The notes: generated by a model not told the origin, from the letters alone. Counted from the stretch's first letter, positions 45,636-54,530 are shown. The stretch is 64,000 nucleotides of DNA from Syntrophaceae bacterium (GCA_018436925.1 JAHDKI010000005.1:6906-70905); one strand, 5' to 3'. Numbers and translations: made by a program.

Positions 45636-46589
45636 ATGACGACTTCAAAGAAATACAATCGCCGGGAAGTGATTTCCAAAGGGTTGTCGCTGGGATTCAT
45701 GGCCGGCAGCGCCTGGATTCTGGGCCGGCCCGATTATCTGATCGCTCAAAACCGGCTTCCCGCACCGCCTGATCTGGTGGCCGTCCGCAACGGCGAGCCG
45801 GACGCCATGTTCCAAAAAGCCATCGAGCTTATGGGCGGCATGAGCCAATTCGTCAAAAAAGGACAAACGGTCGTCGTGAAGCCCAATATCGGATTTCCCC
45901 GCGTTCCCGAGATCGCGGCCACCACGAATCCGATCCTGGTTAAAGCGATCGTGAAAGCCTGCCGCGACGCCGGCGCGGCGCGCGTCTATGTTTTCGACAC
46001 GGTGGTTTTGACCGCCTCCCGAAACGCGAAGAACTGTTATACGTTAAGCGGCATTGAATCGGCCGCCCGATCCGCGGGCGCGATTGTGGTTCCAGTGGAC
46101 GATTTCAGCTACCGCGAGGTGACCATTCCCGGCGCCAAAACGCTCAAGACCGCCGACGTTCATTCGCTGGTGCTCGATTCCGACGTTCTGATCAATGTGC
46201 CGGTGCTCAAACACCACAGTTCCGCCCACTTGACCATTGCGATGAAAAATCTGATGGGCATTGTGAAAAACCGCATGATCTACCACCTGTCGGGCTTGGA
46301 TCAGTGCATCGCCGATTTCTGTCTGTTTAGAAAACCCGACCTCAATGTCGTGGATGCCTACCGGGTGCTGAGAAGCCGCGGGCCGTCGGGACCGACCGAT
46401 CCCAAAATCGCCGACACCTCTTTGAAAAAAACGCTCCTGATGTCCAGGGATATCGTGGCGGTGGACGCGGCCGCCGCAAAAATCTTCGGCGCGGACCCGC
46501 TCGATATCGGCTACATCCGCATCGCCCATCAGCAAAAAACGGGCAATATGAACCTCAATGAGCTGAAAATCGCCACATTTACGATGTAG
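45636..46589 (+). CDS. Tat-signal DUF362 domain protein
   Basis: Twin-arginine leader (NRREVISKGLSLGFMAGSAWILG). DUF362 motifs VVVKPNIGFP, ATTNPILVKAIV and LKHHSSAHLTIAMKNLMG. Confidence 0.8.
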   Translation: MTTSKKYNRREVISKGLSLGFMAGSAWILGRPDYLIAQNRLPAPPDLVAVRNGEPDAMFQKAIELMGGMSQFVKKGQTVVVKPNIGFPRVPEIAATTNPILVKAIVKACRDAGAARVYVFDTVVLTASRNAKNCYTLSGIESAARSAGAIVVPVDDFSYREVTIPGAKTLKTADVHSLVLDSDVLINVPVLKHHSSAHLTIAMKNLMGIVKNRMIYHLSGLDQCIADFCLFRKPDLNVVDAYRVLRSRGPSGPTDPKIADTSLKKTLLMSRDIVAVDAAAAKIFGADPLDIGYIRIAHQQKTGNMNLNELKIATFTM

Positions 46590-46600
46590 GGGAGCCGCCA

Positions 46601-48136
46601 TTGATCTGGGTCCGCATCCGCCAGGTGTTTTCCATTCTCGTCTTTTTGTTATTTGCCCTTCTTTTTTTGCTTCCGGAGCGATTTATCCATTCCGGCCTGC
46701 ACGGGCTTGTCGCGTTTCAGTTCGTTCCCGCGTTGATCCGGACCCTGTCCGAACCGGAGGCTCTCTTCGCGGCCGGGGTCGTCTTTGTTTTGCTCATCAC
46801 GCTGTGTTTCGGACGCGTTTACTGTTCCTTCCTCTGTCCGCTGGGCACGCTTCAGGACATCCTTTCGCGCCTGTCGGCCCGGATGGGGGCCCGTCGGACC
46901 TATCGCTACCGCCCTCCCCGGAATATCCTCCGGTACGGCCTTCTGGCCATCACCGCAATTAGCGCATCGGCCGGAGCGATGACGCTGATCGCGGCGCTGG
47001 ACCCTTTCAGTCTGACCGGCCGGCTCTTCAAACACCTGGTTCATCCGCCGCTGGCTTGGGTCTATAATACGGCGACCGGATTATTAAAACCGTTCGATAT
47101 CTACCGGCATCCGCTCGACACCGCCTTCGTGCCGCTTTCGGTCGCAGTTTTCACAGGCTTGTTTCTCGCCGGGGTCGCCTATCTGGCGGCGCGGCACGGC
47201 CGCCTGTACTGCAATACCCTCTGTCCTGTCGGCGCGTTTTTAGGGCTTCTTGGCCGCCTGTCCCTGTTCCGGCTCAGACTCAATCCCTCCGGGTGCCGCG
47301 AATGCGCGCGCTGTGAAGACGTCTGCAAGGCGGGATGCCTCGACGCTAGGTCCGCCTCCATTGACGAATCGCGCTGCGTCCGGTGCTTCAACTGTCTGCA
47401 AGCCTGTTCGAAGAATACCATCCGCTTTCGTCCGGTCCGGCGCCCGGGCGCCGGACCGGACTGGTCTCCCTCCCGCCGCGCGTTGATCGCGTCCTTGGCG
47501 GCCGCTTTGACAACGGGAACCGCTGCAATCAGTTTCAGCCTCAGACAACCTCTCGCCGCGGCAACAACGCCGAAGACGTTACCCGTTACGCCGCCCGGCT
47601 CGACGGGGTTTGCGGCCTTTACCCATTTGTGCACCGCCTGCTCCCTGTGTATCAGCGTGTGCCCGACGAAGGTGCTGACGCCGTCTTTTATGGACTACGG
47701 ACCGGCGGGATTCCTGCAGCCGAAAATGAATTACGAAAAAAGCTTTTGCGATTTTGAATGCACGCTGTGCGGCCGCGTGTGTCCCACCGGCGCCATCGGC
47801 AACCTTGCGCCCGAAGACAAAAAGCTCACGAAAATCGGCGAAGCCAAACTTCTGGACGATCTGTGCGTGGTCTATGTGGACCACAACAATTGCGGCGCCT
47901 GCGGCGAGGTGTGCCCGACGGGCGCGATTCGCTTTGTGGAGAAGGAAACCATCCTCTACCCCGAAGTGGACGCGAAATTCTGCATTGGTTGCGGCGCCTG
48001 TGAACTGGTCTGCCCGACCCGGCCCCGATCGATTGTTGTGGATGCGCTGGCCGTTCACACCCGCGCGGAGAAAAACATCTCGCCCCCGACCCCGAAAAGA
48101 CCGGGCGGCCTGCCGGACGAAGGGTTCCCGTTTTGA
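46601..48136 (+). CDS. integral-membrane polyferredoxin (NapH/NosR-type CX3CP module plus multiple 4Fe-4S ferredoxin motifs)
   Basis: TM helices with CSFLCPLG and CNTLCPVG, then CRECARCEDVC, CVRCFNCLQAC, CTACSLCISVCP, CTLCGRVCP, CGACGEVCP and CIGCGACELVCP. TTG start 12 nt after the DUF362 stop. Confidence 0.85.
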   Translation: MIWVRIRQVFSILVFLLFALLFLLPERFIHSGLHGLVAFQFVPALIRTLSEPEALFAAGVVFVLLITLCFGRVYCSFLCPLGTLQDILSRLSARMGARRTYRYRPPRNILRYGLLAITAISASAGAMTLIAALDPFSLTGRLFKHLVHPPLAWVYNTATGLLKPFDIYRHPLDTAFVPLSVAVFTGLFLAGVAYLAARHGRLYCNTLCPVGAFLGLLGRLSLFRLRLNPSGCRECARCEDVCKAGCLDARSASIDESRCVRCFNCLQACSKNTIRFRPVRRPGAGPDWSPSRRALIASLAAALTTGTAAISFSLRQPLAAATTPKTLPVTPPGSTGFAAFTHLCTACSLCISVCPTKVLTPSFMDYGPAGFLQPKMNYEKSFCDFECTLCGRVCPTGAIGNLAPEDKKLTKIGEAKLLDDLCVVYVDHNNCGACGEVCPTGAIRFVEKETILYPEVDAKFCIGCGACELVCPTRPRSIVVDALAVHTRAEKNISPPTPKRPGGLPDEGFPF

Positions 48137-48258
48137 GCCGATCCTTTTACCCTTTGCCGCTCGGCCGTCTTCTGCTATAAGATCTTGCCGGCGGGGAGAA
48201 CGCGTTGCCTCTCACGATCGTCCCGCTGAAACGAAAATCGGCGCAAAGGAGACCTGTC

Positions 48259-48572
48259 ATGATTGTCACGGTTGTCAGTGTTTTTGTGAAACCGGAGCAT
48301 ATCGAAGAATTTATCGCGGCAACTCTCGAAAACCACGAAGGCTCGATTCAGGAAAAAGGGAATGTCCGGTTTGATGTGTTGCGTCGTCGGGACAACCCCG
48401 CGGCCTTCACCTTGTATGAAGTCTACGAAACCGACGAAGCGGCCGCCGCGCATAAGACGACCCCCATTACGTGAAATGGCGGCAAACGGTCGAGCCCTGG
48501 ATGGCCGGACCCCGCGTGGGCGTTGCTCACGATGTAGTCGCGCCAGTGGAGAAAACCGCATGGAGTCCATAA
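48259..48572 (+). pseudogene. antibiotic-biosynthesis-monooxygenase (ABM) family gene interrupted by a 1-nt frameshift in a C5 run
   Basis: Frame 1 gives MIVTVVSVFVKPEHIEEF...YETDEAAAAHKTTPIT and stops at 48472-48474. Reading from 48465 in the -1 frame continues HYVKWRQTVEPWMAGPRVGV...TAWSP to TAA at 48570-48572. This restores the usual ABM C-terminus (HxxTxHYxxWR) and the usual overlap with the next gene's start. Confidence 0.6.
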
Positions 48573-49735
48573 ATCACCTGGATCTTCCCGGAATCCCCAG
48601 AATAATTTTCGGCGCCGGATCGTTGGCGCGGCTTCCGGACATCCTCGGGGGCTACGGAACCCGCGCGCTGATTCTCACCGGCGGAGAATCGTTCAAAAAG
48701 TCCGGGCGACTGACCGCTCTGACCGCGCAGCTCCATCGGTCGGGCATCTCAGCCAAGGTGCTTTCGGCGCGGGGCGAACCGACGGTCCAAGCCGTCGACG
48801 CGATCGCAAAGGCGTATCGCGAAGAGTCGATAACCGTCGTTGTTGCCATCGGCGGCGGCAGTGTGCTCGACTGCGGCAAGGCGGTTTCCGCCATGCTGGC
48901 TTCGGAAGGGTCGGTCAAAGATTATCTCGAAGGCATCGGCGCAAAAAAACCACCCGGCATGAAAGTGCCCTTCGTCGCCGTGCCGACCACAGCCGGCACG
49001 GGCAGCGAAGCGACGACAAACGCGGTTCTTTGCGATCGCCAAGAAGGCTATAAGCGATCGCTTCGGCATGAGGCCTATGTTCCGGATGTGGCGCTGGTTG
49101 ATCCCGAGCTCACCATTTCACTGCCGCCTGCGCTCACGACGGCCTGCGGTCTGGATGCCGCGGCCCAGTTGATCGAAGCCTACACCTCCACGAAAACCGA
49201 CAAGGCGACCGACGCGCCGGCCATCGAGGCCCTGGCTTGCGTCGGTGAAGCCCTGCCGGCCCTGGGCCTGGGTCTTTGCCATGATCTCGCGCTTCGCGAG
49301 AAGATGTCTTTTGCCGCGCTCGTGTCCGGCATCGCACTTAGCCGCTCGGGGCTTGGCGCGGTGCATGGTTTGGCGGGCCCGCTGGGCGGACTGTTTCCGG
49401 TTCCGCATGGCGTCGCCTGTGGAAAACTTCTGTTTCCGGTGATGAGCTTTGTTGTCAAAAAGGTGCTCGATGCGCAGGATCAGATCGCCCGGAAACGCTT
49501 TGCCGACATCGGGCGAATTTTTTCCGGCCGCGGCGACGCGGACGACACTGCCGCATGCCTGGCGTTTCTGGATGTTTTGCGGGACTGGTTTCAGAAATTG
49601 CGTCTGCCGCCGCTTTCGTCTTTCGGCGTGACCTGTGCCGACTTTGACCGGATCATCGCAGCCGCCGACGGCAAAAACAGCCCGGCCGCCCTGACCCCCA
49701 AAGAGATGAAAGCGGTTCTGGAAATCGCGCGGTGA
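48560..49735 (+). CDS. iron-containing alcohol dehydrogenase family protein
   Basis: Start at MESINHLDLPG. Fe-ADH motifs VVAIGGGSVLDCGKA and VAVPTTAGTGSE, plus His-rich metal-site segments. Confidence 0.85.
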   Translation: MESINHLDLPGIPRIIFGAGSLARLPDILGGYGTRALILTGGESFKKSGRLTALTAQLHRSGISAKVLSARGEPTVQAVDAIAKAYREESITVVVAIGGGSVLDCGKAVSAMLASEGSVKDYLEGIGAKKPPGMKVPFVAVPTTAGTGSEATTNAVLCDRQEGYKRSLRHEAYVPDVALVDPELTISLPPALTTACGLDAAAQLIEAYTSTKTDKATDAPAIEALACVGEALPALGLGLCHDLALREKMSFAALVSGIALSRSGLGAVHGLAGPLGGLFPVPHGVACGKLLFPVMSFVVKKVLDAQDQIARKRFADIGRIFSGRGDADDTAACLAFLDVLRDWFQKLRLPPLSSFGVTCADFDRIIAAADGKNSPAALTPKEMKAVLEIAR

Positions 49736-49767
49736 GCTAAGCGATACCCTTTGTTAGACTTCCGCCG

Positions 49768-50436
49768 CTACCGGACTGTTCCATTTCCGGAATGCCGCTG
49801 TTCATCCGATTCCACACCGAGCAATCCTCTTTGACCGCCGGACGGCGCATTGGGTTGGGCTGGACGGTTCTGGACGGTTTTTCCTCCGCTTCGCTTCCTC
49901 TCGCCTTCAGTCGTCCAGCGATATCCGCAGCATTGGGCCAGATAAAGCATATTTTGCTGTTTTTCATGTTCAAGACGGTCGATCTTGTTTCGAATCATGG
50001 GCTTGAGTTTCTGCGTGTTTTGACGCACATAATTCATCTGCTTTTCGACTTCTCTGCGGCTTTCAAACGCGCGTCCGAGGACGCTGCTCGATTCCTGACG
50101 GGTTAAAGGGATGAAGGTCACGCCTTTTGTCGTGTATTTGCCTCGAATCGGATAATTCAGGCCTCGGTAGGAAAAAGATTTCATGGACTTGACCCGGTTG
50201 GCATACTGATCGGGGCTTTCGTTCTGCGCCCGCGTGATCCGATACATCATCATATTGCCGTCGTTGAGCATGGGCGTCCAGTTGGCGACGGTTTCGTCGA
50301 TCTGCCTGTTTTTATCTTTGGCTTGTTGGCACTTCGCAGCGCGCTCACGTTGATCTGTCGGGCAGTAGACGGTGTCATCCGCTAGGCTGGGCATGGCGAG
50401 GCACAAAAGCAGCAAAATGAAGAGTGATTTTTTCAT
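49768..50436 (-). CDS. hypothetical secreted protein
   Basis: ATG 50436 gives a signal peptide (MKKSLFILLLLCLAMPSLA). The protein is Lys/Arg/Gln-rich with no family recognised. Local GC looks lower than in the flanking regions. Confidence 0.55.
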   Translation of the reverse strand: MKKSLFILLLLCLAMPSLADDTVYCPTDQRERAAKCQQAKDKNRQIDETVANWTPMLNDGNMMMYRITRAQNESPDQYANRVKSMKSFSYRGLNYPIRGKYTTKGVTFIPLTRQESSSVLGRAFESRREVEKQMNYVRQNTQKLKPMIRNKIDRLEHEKQQNMLYLAQCCGYRWTTEGERKRSGGKTVQNRPAQPNAPSGGQRGLLGVESDEQRHSGNGTVR

Positions 50437-50587
50437 GGCAGGATCCTTTCTTCTTTTTTTCAACACGGAACAACAGAAAAAATGGTTACGGAGCGCGGAC
50501 ATCATTCAAGACCGGCCGGACATGAAATCGCCCGGCTTCTTCCGGCCGAGAGAACCTTCGCTTTTTTAACAAAGTGACGGTCGAAAG

Positions 50588-50992
50588 TCAACGTCGCGGG
50601 CGATCCGCGGGCAAAGGCAGGCCGCTTTTTTCAAGGCGTTTGCCGGAAGGGGAACGCTCACGGAAGCGTTTTGGGCCAATTGATTCCCGCTCAGTGATTT
50701 GACGATTCATCGCGGGTTTCCCATACTTTAAACCCAGCCGGATAATCAGCCGTCGGCAGGGAATCCAGAGAAAAAGAGTCGCAAGGCACGCGGCAACTGA
50801 AAAAACCCCATCATCACTGCCGGCATAAACCCCCACAGCCCAGATAAGCGCACCGGCCGTCCACAACAGTCCCGCAAACATTTCCCCGCCCATCGTGGAG
50901 CCCCAGCCGCGGTAGCAATCCTTAAACAGCAAAATGATTGCTGTCGCGTTCACCAAAACGGCCGCTAGAATGAAGATGATGAAAACCATCAT
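50588..50992 (-). CDS. hypothetical membrane protein (3 TM helices, basic tail)
   Basis: 134-aa ORF with three hydrophobic helices. No family recognised. Confidence 0.5.
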   Translation of the reverse strand: MMVFIIFILAAVLVNATAIILLFKDCYRGWGSTMGGEMFAGLLWTAGALIWAVGVYAGSDDGVFSVAACLATLFLWIPCRRLIIRLGLKYGKPAMNRQITERESIGPKRFRERSPSGKRLEKSGLPLPADRPRR

Positions 50993-51144
50993 TTCCTCCC
51001 ATCCATTCGTGTCACCGGGGTGAATTTAACACAAAAGATGGACACCCTCATGCGAATTTTTTTTGTCACGAGTCGATTTTATGATAAAAAAGCGCTTTGT
51101 CCGCGTTAGCTATAGCCCGTTGCGGACACTTGGAAAGGAAAGCC

Positions 51145-51768
51145 ATGACGATTAAAGTTTATACGGTCTGCCTTGCGGCGGCCGGTTTTCTGCTGCTGGT
51201 TGCATCGCTTTCGCCTGCGCAAGATAAAATAGTAAAATCCTCCGGCGAAACAATTCCCGATCTTTGCGCAGACGGCGCCGGGCCTGAGTTGACCTTGTCG
51301 GATGAGTTTCTCGCGGCGGCGCAAAGCGGATCTTTAAAAAAGGTGAAAGCTGCGCTTGAAGACGGGATTGATGTCAATGCGCAAAACGCAAGCGGCCAAT
51401 CCGCTCTCCATCTGGTTGCAGACCCGGCCACAGCCGCATATCTCATCGAGCGGGGAGCGGATGTTCACCTGCAAGAAAAAGACTTCGGGATGACGCCGCT
51501 TTTCTTTCAGGAAGTCCCGATAGCCCGGCTTCTTGTCGCCGCGGGGGCGGATGTCAACGCCAGAAGCTTTAACGGAAATACGCCGCTGATCTGGTTTGCC
51601 TACGGCAATTATCTGGAAGGCGTGCAGTATTTGGTATCCGTCGGCGCAGACACCGCCGCGCTCAACCGCGATGGACAAACCGCGTTGGATGTGGCCGAAC
51701 GCTTCGGGAATCGGGAGGTTGCCGACTATCTCCTGTCGCTGGGTCTCGGACGAAAACATCGGCAATAG
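51145..51768 (+). CDS. secreted ankyrin-repeat protein
   Basis: Signal peptide (MTIKVYTVCLAAAGFLLLVASLSPAQ). About 4 ankyrin repeats (DVNAQNASGQSALHLV, GADVHLQEKDFGMTPLFF, GADVNARSFNGNTPLIWF, GADTAALNRDGQTALDVA). Confidence 0.8.
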   Translation: MTIKVYTVCLAAAGFLLLVASLSPAQDKIVKSSGETIPDLCADGAGPELTLSDEFLAAAQSGSLKKVKAALEDGIDVNAQNASGQSALHLVADPATAAYLIERGADVHLQEKDFGMTPLFFQEVPIARLLVAAGADVNARSFNGNTPLIWFAYGNYLEGVQYLVSVGADTAALNRDGQTALDVAERFGNREVADYLLSLGLGRKHRQ

Positions 51769-51830
51769 GTCGCTTTTGTTTATCGAAACGGACGCATCAC
51801 TCGGTCGCTTTGATTCCGCTGCATCGCGCG

Positions 51831-52286
51831 TCAGTAAATCCCCATGGCGCAGCCGCCGGCGAGCGTCGCACCCAGTTCGCGGCATTGATCCAGAATGTCG
51901 TCGGTGATGTCGCCTTTGGCGATGACGGGGTGAAAAACGGTTTTGAATTTGTAGCCCAGCGCGATGCGCTCAATGGCGCGAATCGCCCCGGTTCCGTCGT
52001 TGCCTGCGCTCACGAAAACGACAAACGGCTTGCGGAACACCTTGTCTTGGGCCCCGCCGTAAGTGCGGTCGAAGAAATCCTTGATCATGCCGGACATGTA
52101 ACCGAAGTTTTCCGGCGTGCCCACCGCCAGGCCGTCGCAGGTCAGAAGATCGGCAAGCGTGGCGTCGGCGGCTTTTTTCAGGACAACTTCAACATCGTCG
52201 ATGGTTTTTGCGCCTTCACAGACGGCCTCGGCCATCTTTCGGGTGTGTCCGGTTTGAGTCGAATAAACGATGAGGATTTGAGTCAT
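51831..52286 (-). CDS. flavodoxin-family protein
   Basis: ILIVYSTQTGHTRKMAE is an FMN-binding loop. 151 aa with the flavodoxin-like fold pattern. Confidence 0.75.
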   Translation of the reverse strand: MTQILIVYSTQTGHTRKMAEAVCEGAKTIDDVEVVLKKAADATLADLLTCDGLAVGTPENFGYMSGMIKDFFDRTYGGAQDKVFRKPFVVFVSAGNDGTGAIRAIERIALGYKFKTVFHPVIAKGDITDDILDQCRELGATLAGGCAMGIY

Positions 52287-52304
52287 AAAAAATAATGGCG
52301 ATGG

Positions 52305-52416
52305 GCTAAAGGTTCAGGGTTCAGGGTTCAGGGTTAAAGGTTAAAGGTTAAAGGCATAGCGCCTAACGCCTCACGCTTAATCCCTTACCCTTCACCTTGT
52401 ACTCGTCAACCCTGAA
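52305..52416. repeat. two opposed arrays of degenerate heptamers (7 + 8 units) forming a long imperfect inverted repeat
   Basis: Plus strand: GCTAAAG (GTTCAGG)x3 (GTTAAAG)x3, then GCATAGC, then GCCTAAC GCCTCAC GCTTAAT CCCTTAC CCTTCAC CTTGTAC TCGTCAA CCCTGAA. It lies between the tpiA stop (52423) and the flavodoxin start (52286). Confidence 0.85.
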
Positions 52417-52422
52417 CTTGTG

Positions 52423-53169
52423 TTAAGGCATTTTATTAATAATGCCCAGAAAACCGTCGGCTTTCAGCGAGGCGCCGCCCACGAGCGCGCCGTCGATATT
52501 GCCCATGGCGGCAAGTTCCTCGATATTGTCCTTTGTGACGCTGCCCCCGTAAAGGATGCGCACCTGTGAAGCTGTGCTTCCGTAAAGGTCTCCCAGAAGG
52601 CCGCGAATGAAGGCGTGGACGTCCTCGGCCTGCGCGGAGGTTGCGACCTTGCCGGTGCCGATGGCCCAGACCGGCTCATAGGCAATCACGACGTCATCGA
52701 TTTTTTCCACACCGAGAAGCGCCCCGCGAATCTGCTTTTCCACCACGGACCGCGTCACGCCATTGGCTCTTTCCTCATCCGTTTCCCCCACGCAGACGAT
52801 CGGCCCAAGCCCGGACATCAGCGCTTTTTTCACTTTGCGATTCACGCCTTCGTCGGTTTCGCCGAAATATTTGCGCCGCTCCGAATGACCGAGGATGACA
52901 TACCGGCATCCCGCATCTTTGAGCATCGCGGCCGACACTTCGCCGGTAAAGGCGCCCTTGTCTTCTTCATGCATGTTTTGCGCGGCCGTCGCAACGGCGG
53001 AACCGGCAAGCGCCTTGCCGACGGCGGCCAGCGCGGTAAACGGCGGGGCCACGACGACCTCGCCGTTTTTCAGTTCCGAAACGCCTTTTTTAATCGCGTC
53101 GGCCAGTGCAACGGCTTCGGCAACGGTGTTGTGCATCTTCCAGTTGCCGGCGACGATCCATTTCCTCAT
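52423..53169 (-). CDS. tpiA: triosephosphate isomerase
   Basis: MRKWIVAGNWKMH, ILGHSERR and AYEPVWAIGTG motifs. GGGAGG upstream of ATG 53169. Confidence 0.93.
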   Translation of the reverse strand: MRKWIVAGNWKMHNTVAEAVALADAIKKGVSELKNGEVVVAPPFTALAAVGKALAGSAVATAAQNMHEEDKGAFTGEVSAAMLKDAGCRYVILGHSERRKYFGETDEGVNRKVKKALMSGLGPIVCVGETDEERANGVTRSVVEKQIRGALLGVEKIDDVVIAYEPVWAIGTGKVATSAQAEDVHAFIRGLLGDLYGSTASQVRILYGGSVTKDNIEELAAMGNIDGALVGGASLKADGFLGIINKMP

Positions 53170-53185
53170 GCGTTCCTCCCGATTT

Positions 53186-54361
53186 TCAGCCCAGCGCTGC
53201 GACCGCGGGCAGAGTTTTGCCTTCGAGCAGCTCCAGAAACGCGCCGCCGCCGGTGGAGATATAAGATATTTTGTCACTCTTGCCGGTCTTGTGAATGGCC
53301 GTATCCGTGTCGCCGCCGCCGACAATCGTTAAAGCGCCGGAGTCCACGGCCGCGTCCACCAGTTTAAACGTGCCGGCGGAAAAAGGCGCAAGTTCAAACA
53401 TGCCCAAAGGTCCGTTCCAAACGATGGTTTGAGCGGATTTCACTGCATCGGAAAACGCGGCAATCGACTGGGGACCGATGTCGAGCCCCATCCAGTCTTC
53501 CGGAATTTTCCTGGCATCCACCACTTGGGTTTCGGCGTCGGCCGCGGGCGCCTGCGCGATGACGGCATCCGTAGGCAGAAGAATCGACACGTTTTTGGCC
53601 TTGGCTTTATCCAGGATCTTTTTGGCCAGATCAAGCATATCCTCCTCGCAAAGCGATTTGCCGATATCGCCGCCCTGCGCTTTGAGGAAGGTAAAGGCCA
53701 TGCCGCCGCCGATCAGCAGTTTGTCCACTTTATCGATGAGGTTTTCCAAAACAGCGATTTTGTCGGAGACCTTCGCGCCGCCCGAAATCGCAACCAGCGG
53801 CCGGGCCGGATTGCCCATGGCCTTGTTGAAATACTCAATTTCGTTTTTCAGCAGAAAGCCCGCCGCACACACCGGCGCAAATTGAGTAATTGCCGTGTTG
53901 GACGCGGCCGCGCGGTGCGACACGGCAAACGCGTCGTTGACGTAAACGTCGCACAGCGCCGCGAGTTCCTTGGCAAAGGCTTCGTCGTTTTTGTCTTCGC
54001 CGGGATGAAAACGCAGGTTTTCCAGCAAAATGACGTCGCCGTCTTTCATGGCGGCGGCCGCCGAGCGCGCTTTTTCCCCGATGCAGTCGTCAATAAAAGG
54101 GACGTCCTTTTTCAACAGAGCCGACAAAATCGGCGCCACCGGTTTCAATGAAAATTCTTCCACTCTCTTGCCTTTGGGACGTCCCAGGTGCGAGGCCACA
54201 ATCGCCTTGCCGCCGTGGGCCAAAATGTAGTTAAGGGTGGGCAGGCTCGCCCGAACGCGAGTATCGTCCGTCACCTTGCCCGACTTGTCCATGGGAACGT
54301 TGAAATCCACCCGCACGAACACCTTCTTGCCGCCGACTTCCAGCTGATCCAGGTACTTCAT
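53186..54361 (-). CDS. pgk: phosphoglycerate kinase
   Basis: VFVRVDFNVP, ASHLGRPKG, GGAKVSDKI and TGGGA motifs. Internal ATG 54361 (MKYLDQL). Confidence 0.93.
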   Translation of the reverse strand: MKYLDQLEVGGKKVFVRVDFNVPMDKSGKVTDDTRVRASLPTLNYILAHGGKAIVASHLGRPKGKRVEEFSLKPVAPILSALLKKDVPFIDDCIGEKARSAAAAMKDGDVILLENLRFHPGEDKNDEAFAKELAALCDVYVNDAFAVSHRAAASNTAITQFAPVCAAGFLLKNEIEYFNKAMGNPARPLVAISGGAKVSDKIAVLENLIDKVDKLLIGGGMAFTFLKAQGGDIGKSLCEEDMLDLAKKILDKAKAKNVSILLPTDAVIAQAPAADAETQVVDARKIPEDWMGLDIGPQSIAAFSDAVKSAQTIVWNGPLGMFELAPFSAGTFKLVDAAVDSGALTIVGGGDTDTAIHKTGKSDKISYISTGGGAFLELLEGKTLPAVAALG

Positions 54362-54530
54362 ATTAATAACCTCTCTGAAAAAAATATTTTGAATGGCCGT
54401 TCCGGCCCCAAGGCCGTCCGCCGCGCTTACAGAAACGTCTGCGCGTTCAAGAGGCCTCATTCCGCGAAAACGGAATCCGGAATGACCACTATGCTGCCAT
54501 CTTCTTTTTAGTCTTTGCCTGACCCTTGAT

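Noticed and set aside
45221-45700. 159-aa minus-strand ORF in the DUF1893/DUF362 divergent region
   Set aside because: Most of it is Arg/Gly/Lys-rich junk that overlaps the DUF362 promoter and start. Only the last 56 codons (45221-45391, MKGFIGW..., one TM helix, stop overlapping the DUF1893 ATG as ATGGTGA) look at all gene-like, but there is no Shine-Dalgarno sequence. I rated it below the threshold for reporting as a feature.
54495-54530. Possible fourth heptamer element (GCCTGAC CCTTGAT) between gap and pgk
   Set aside because: Only two units are in register, which is within what chance and an ordinary spacer could produce. It is not counted as a family member.
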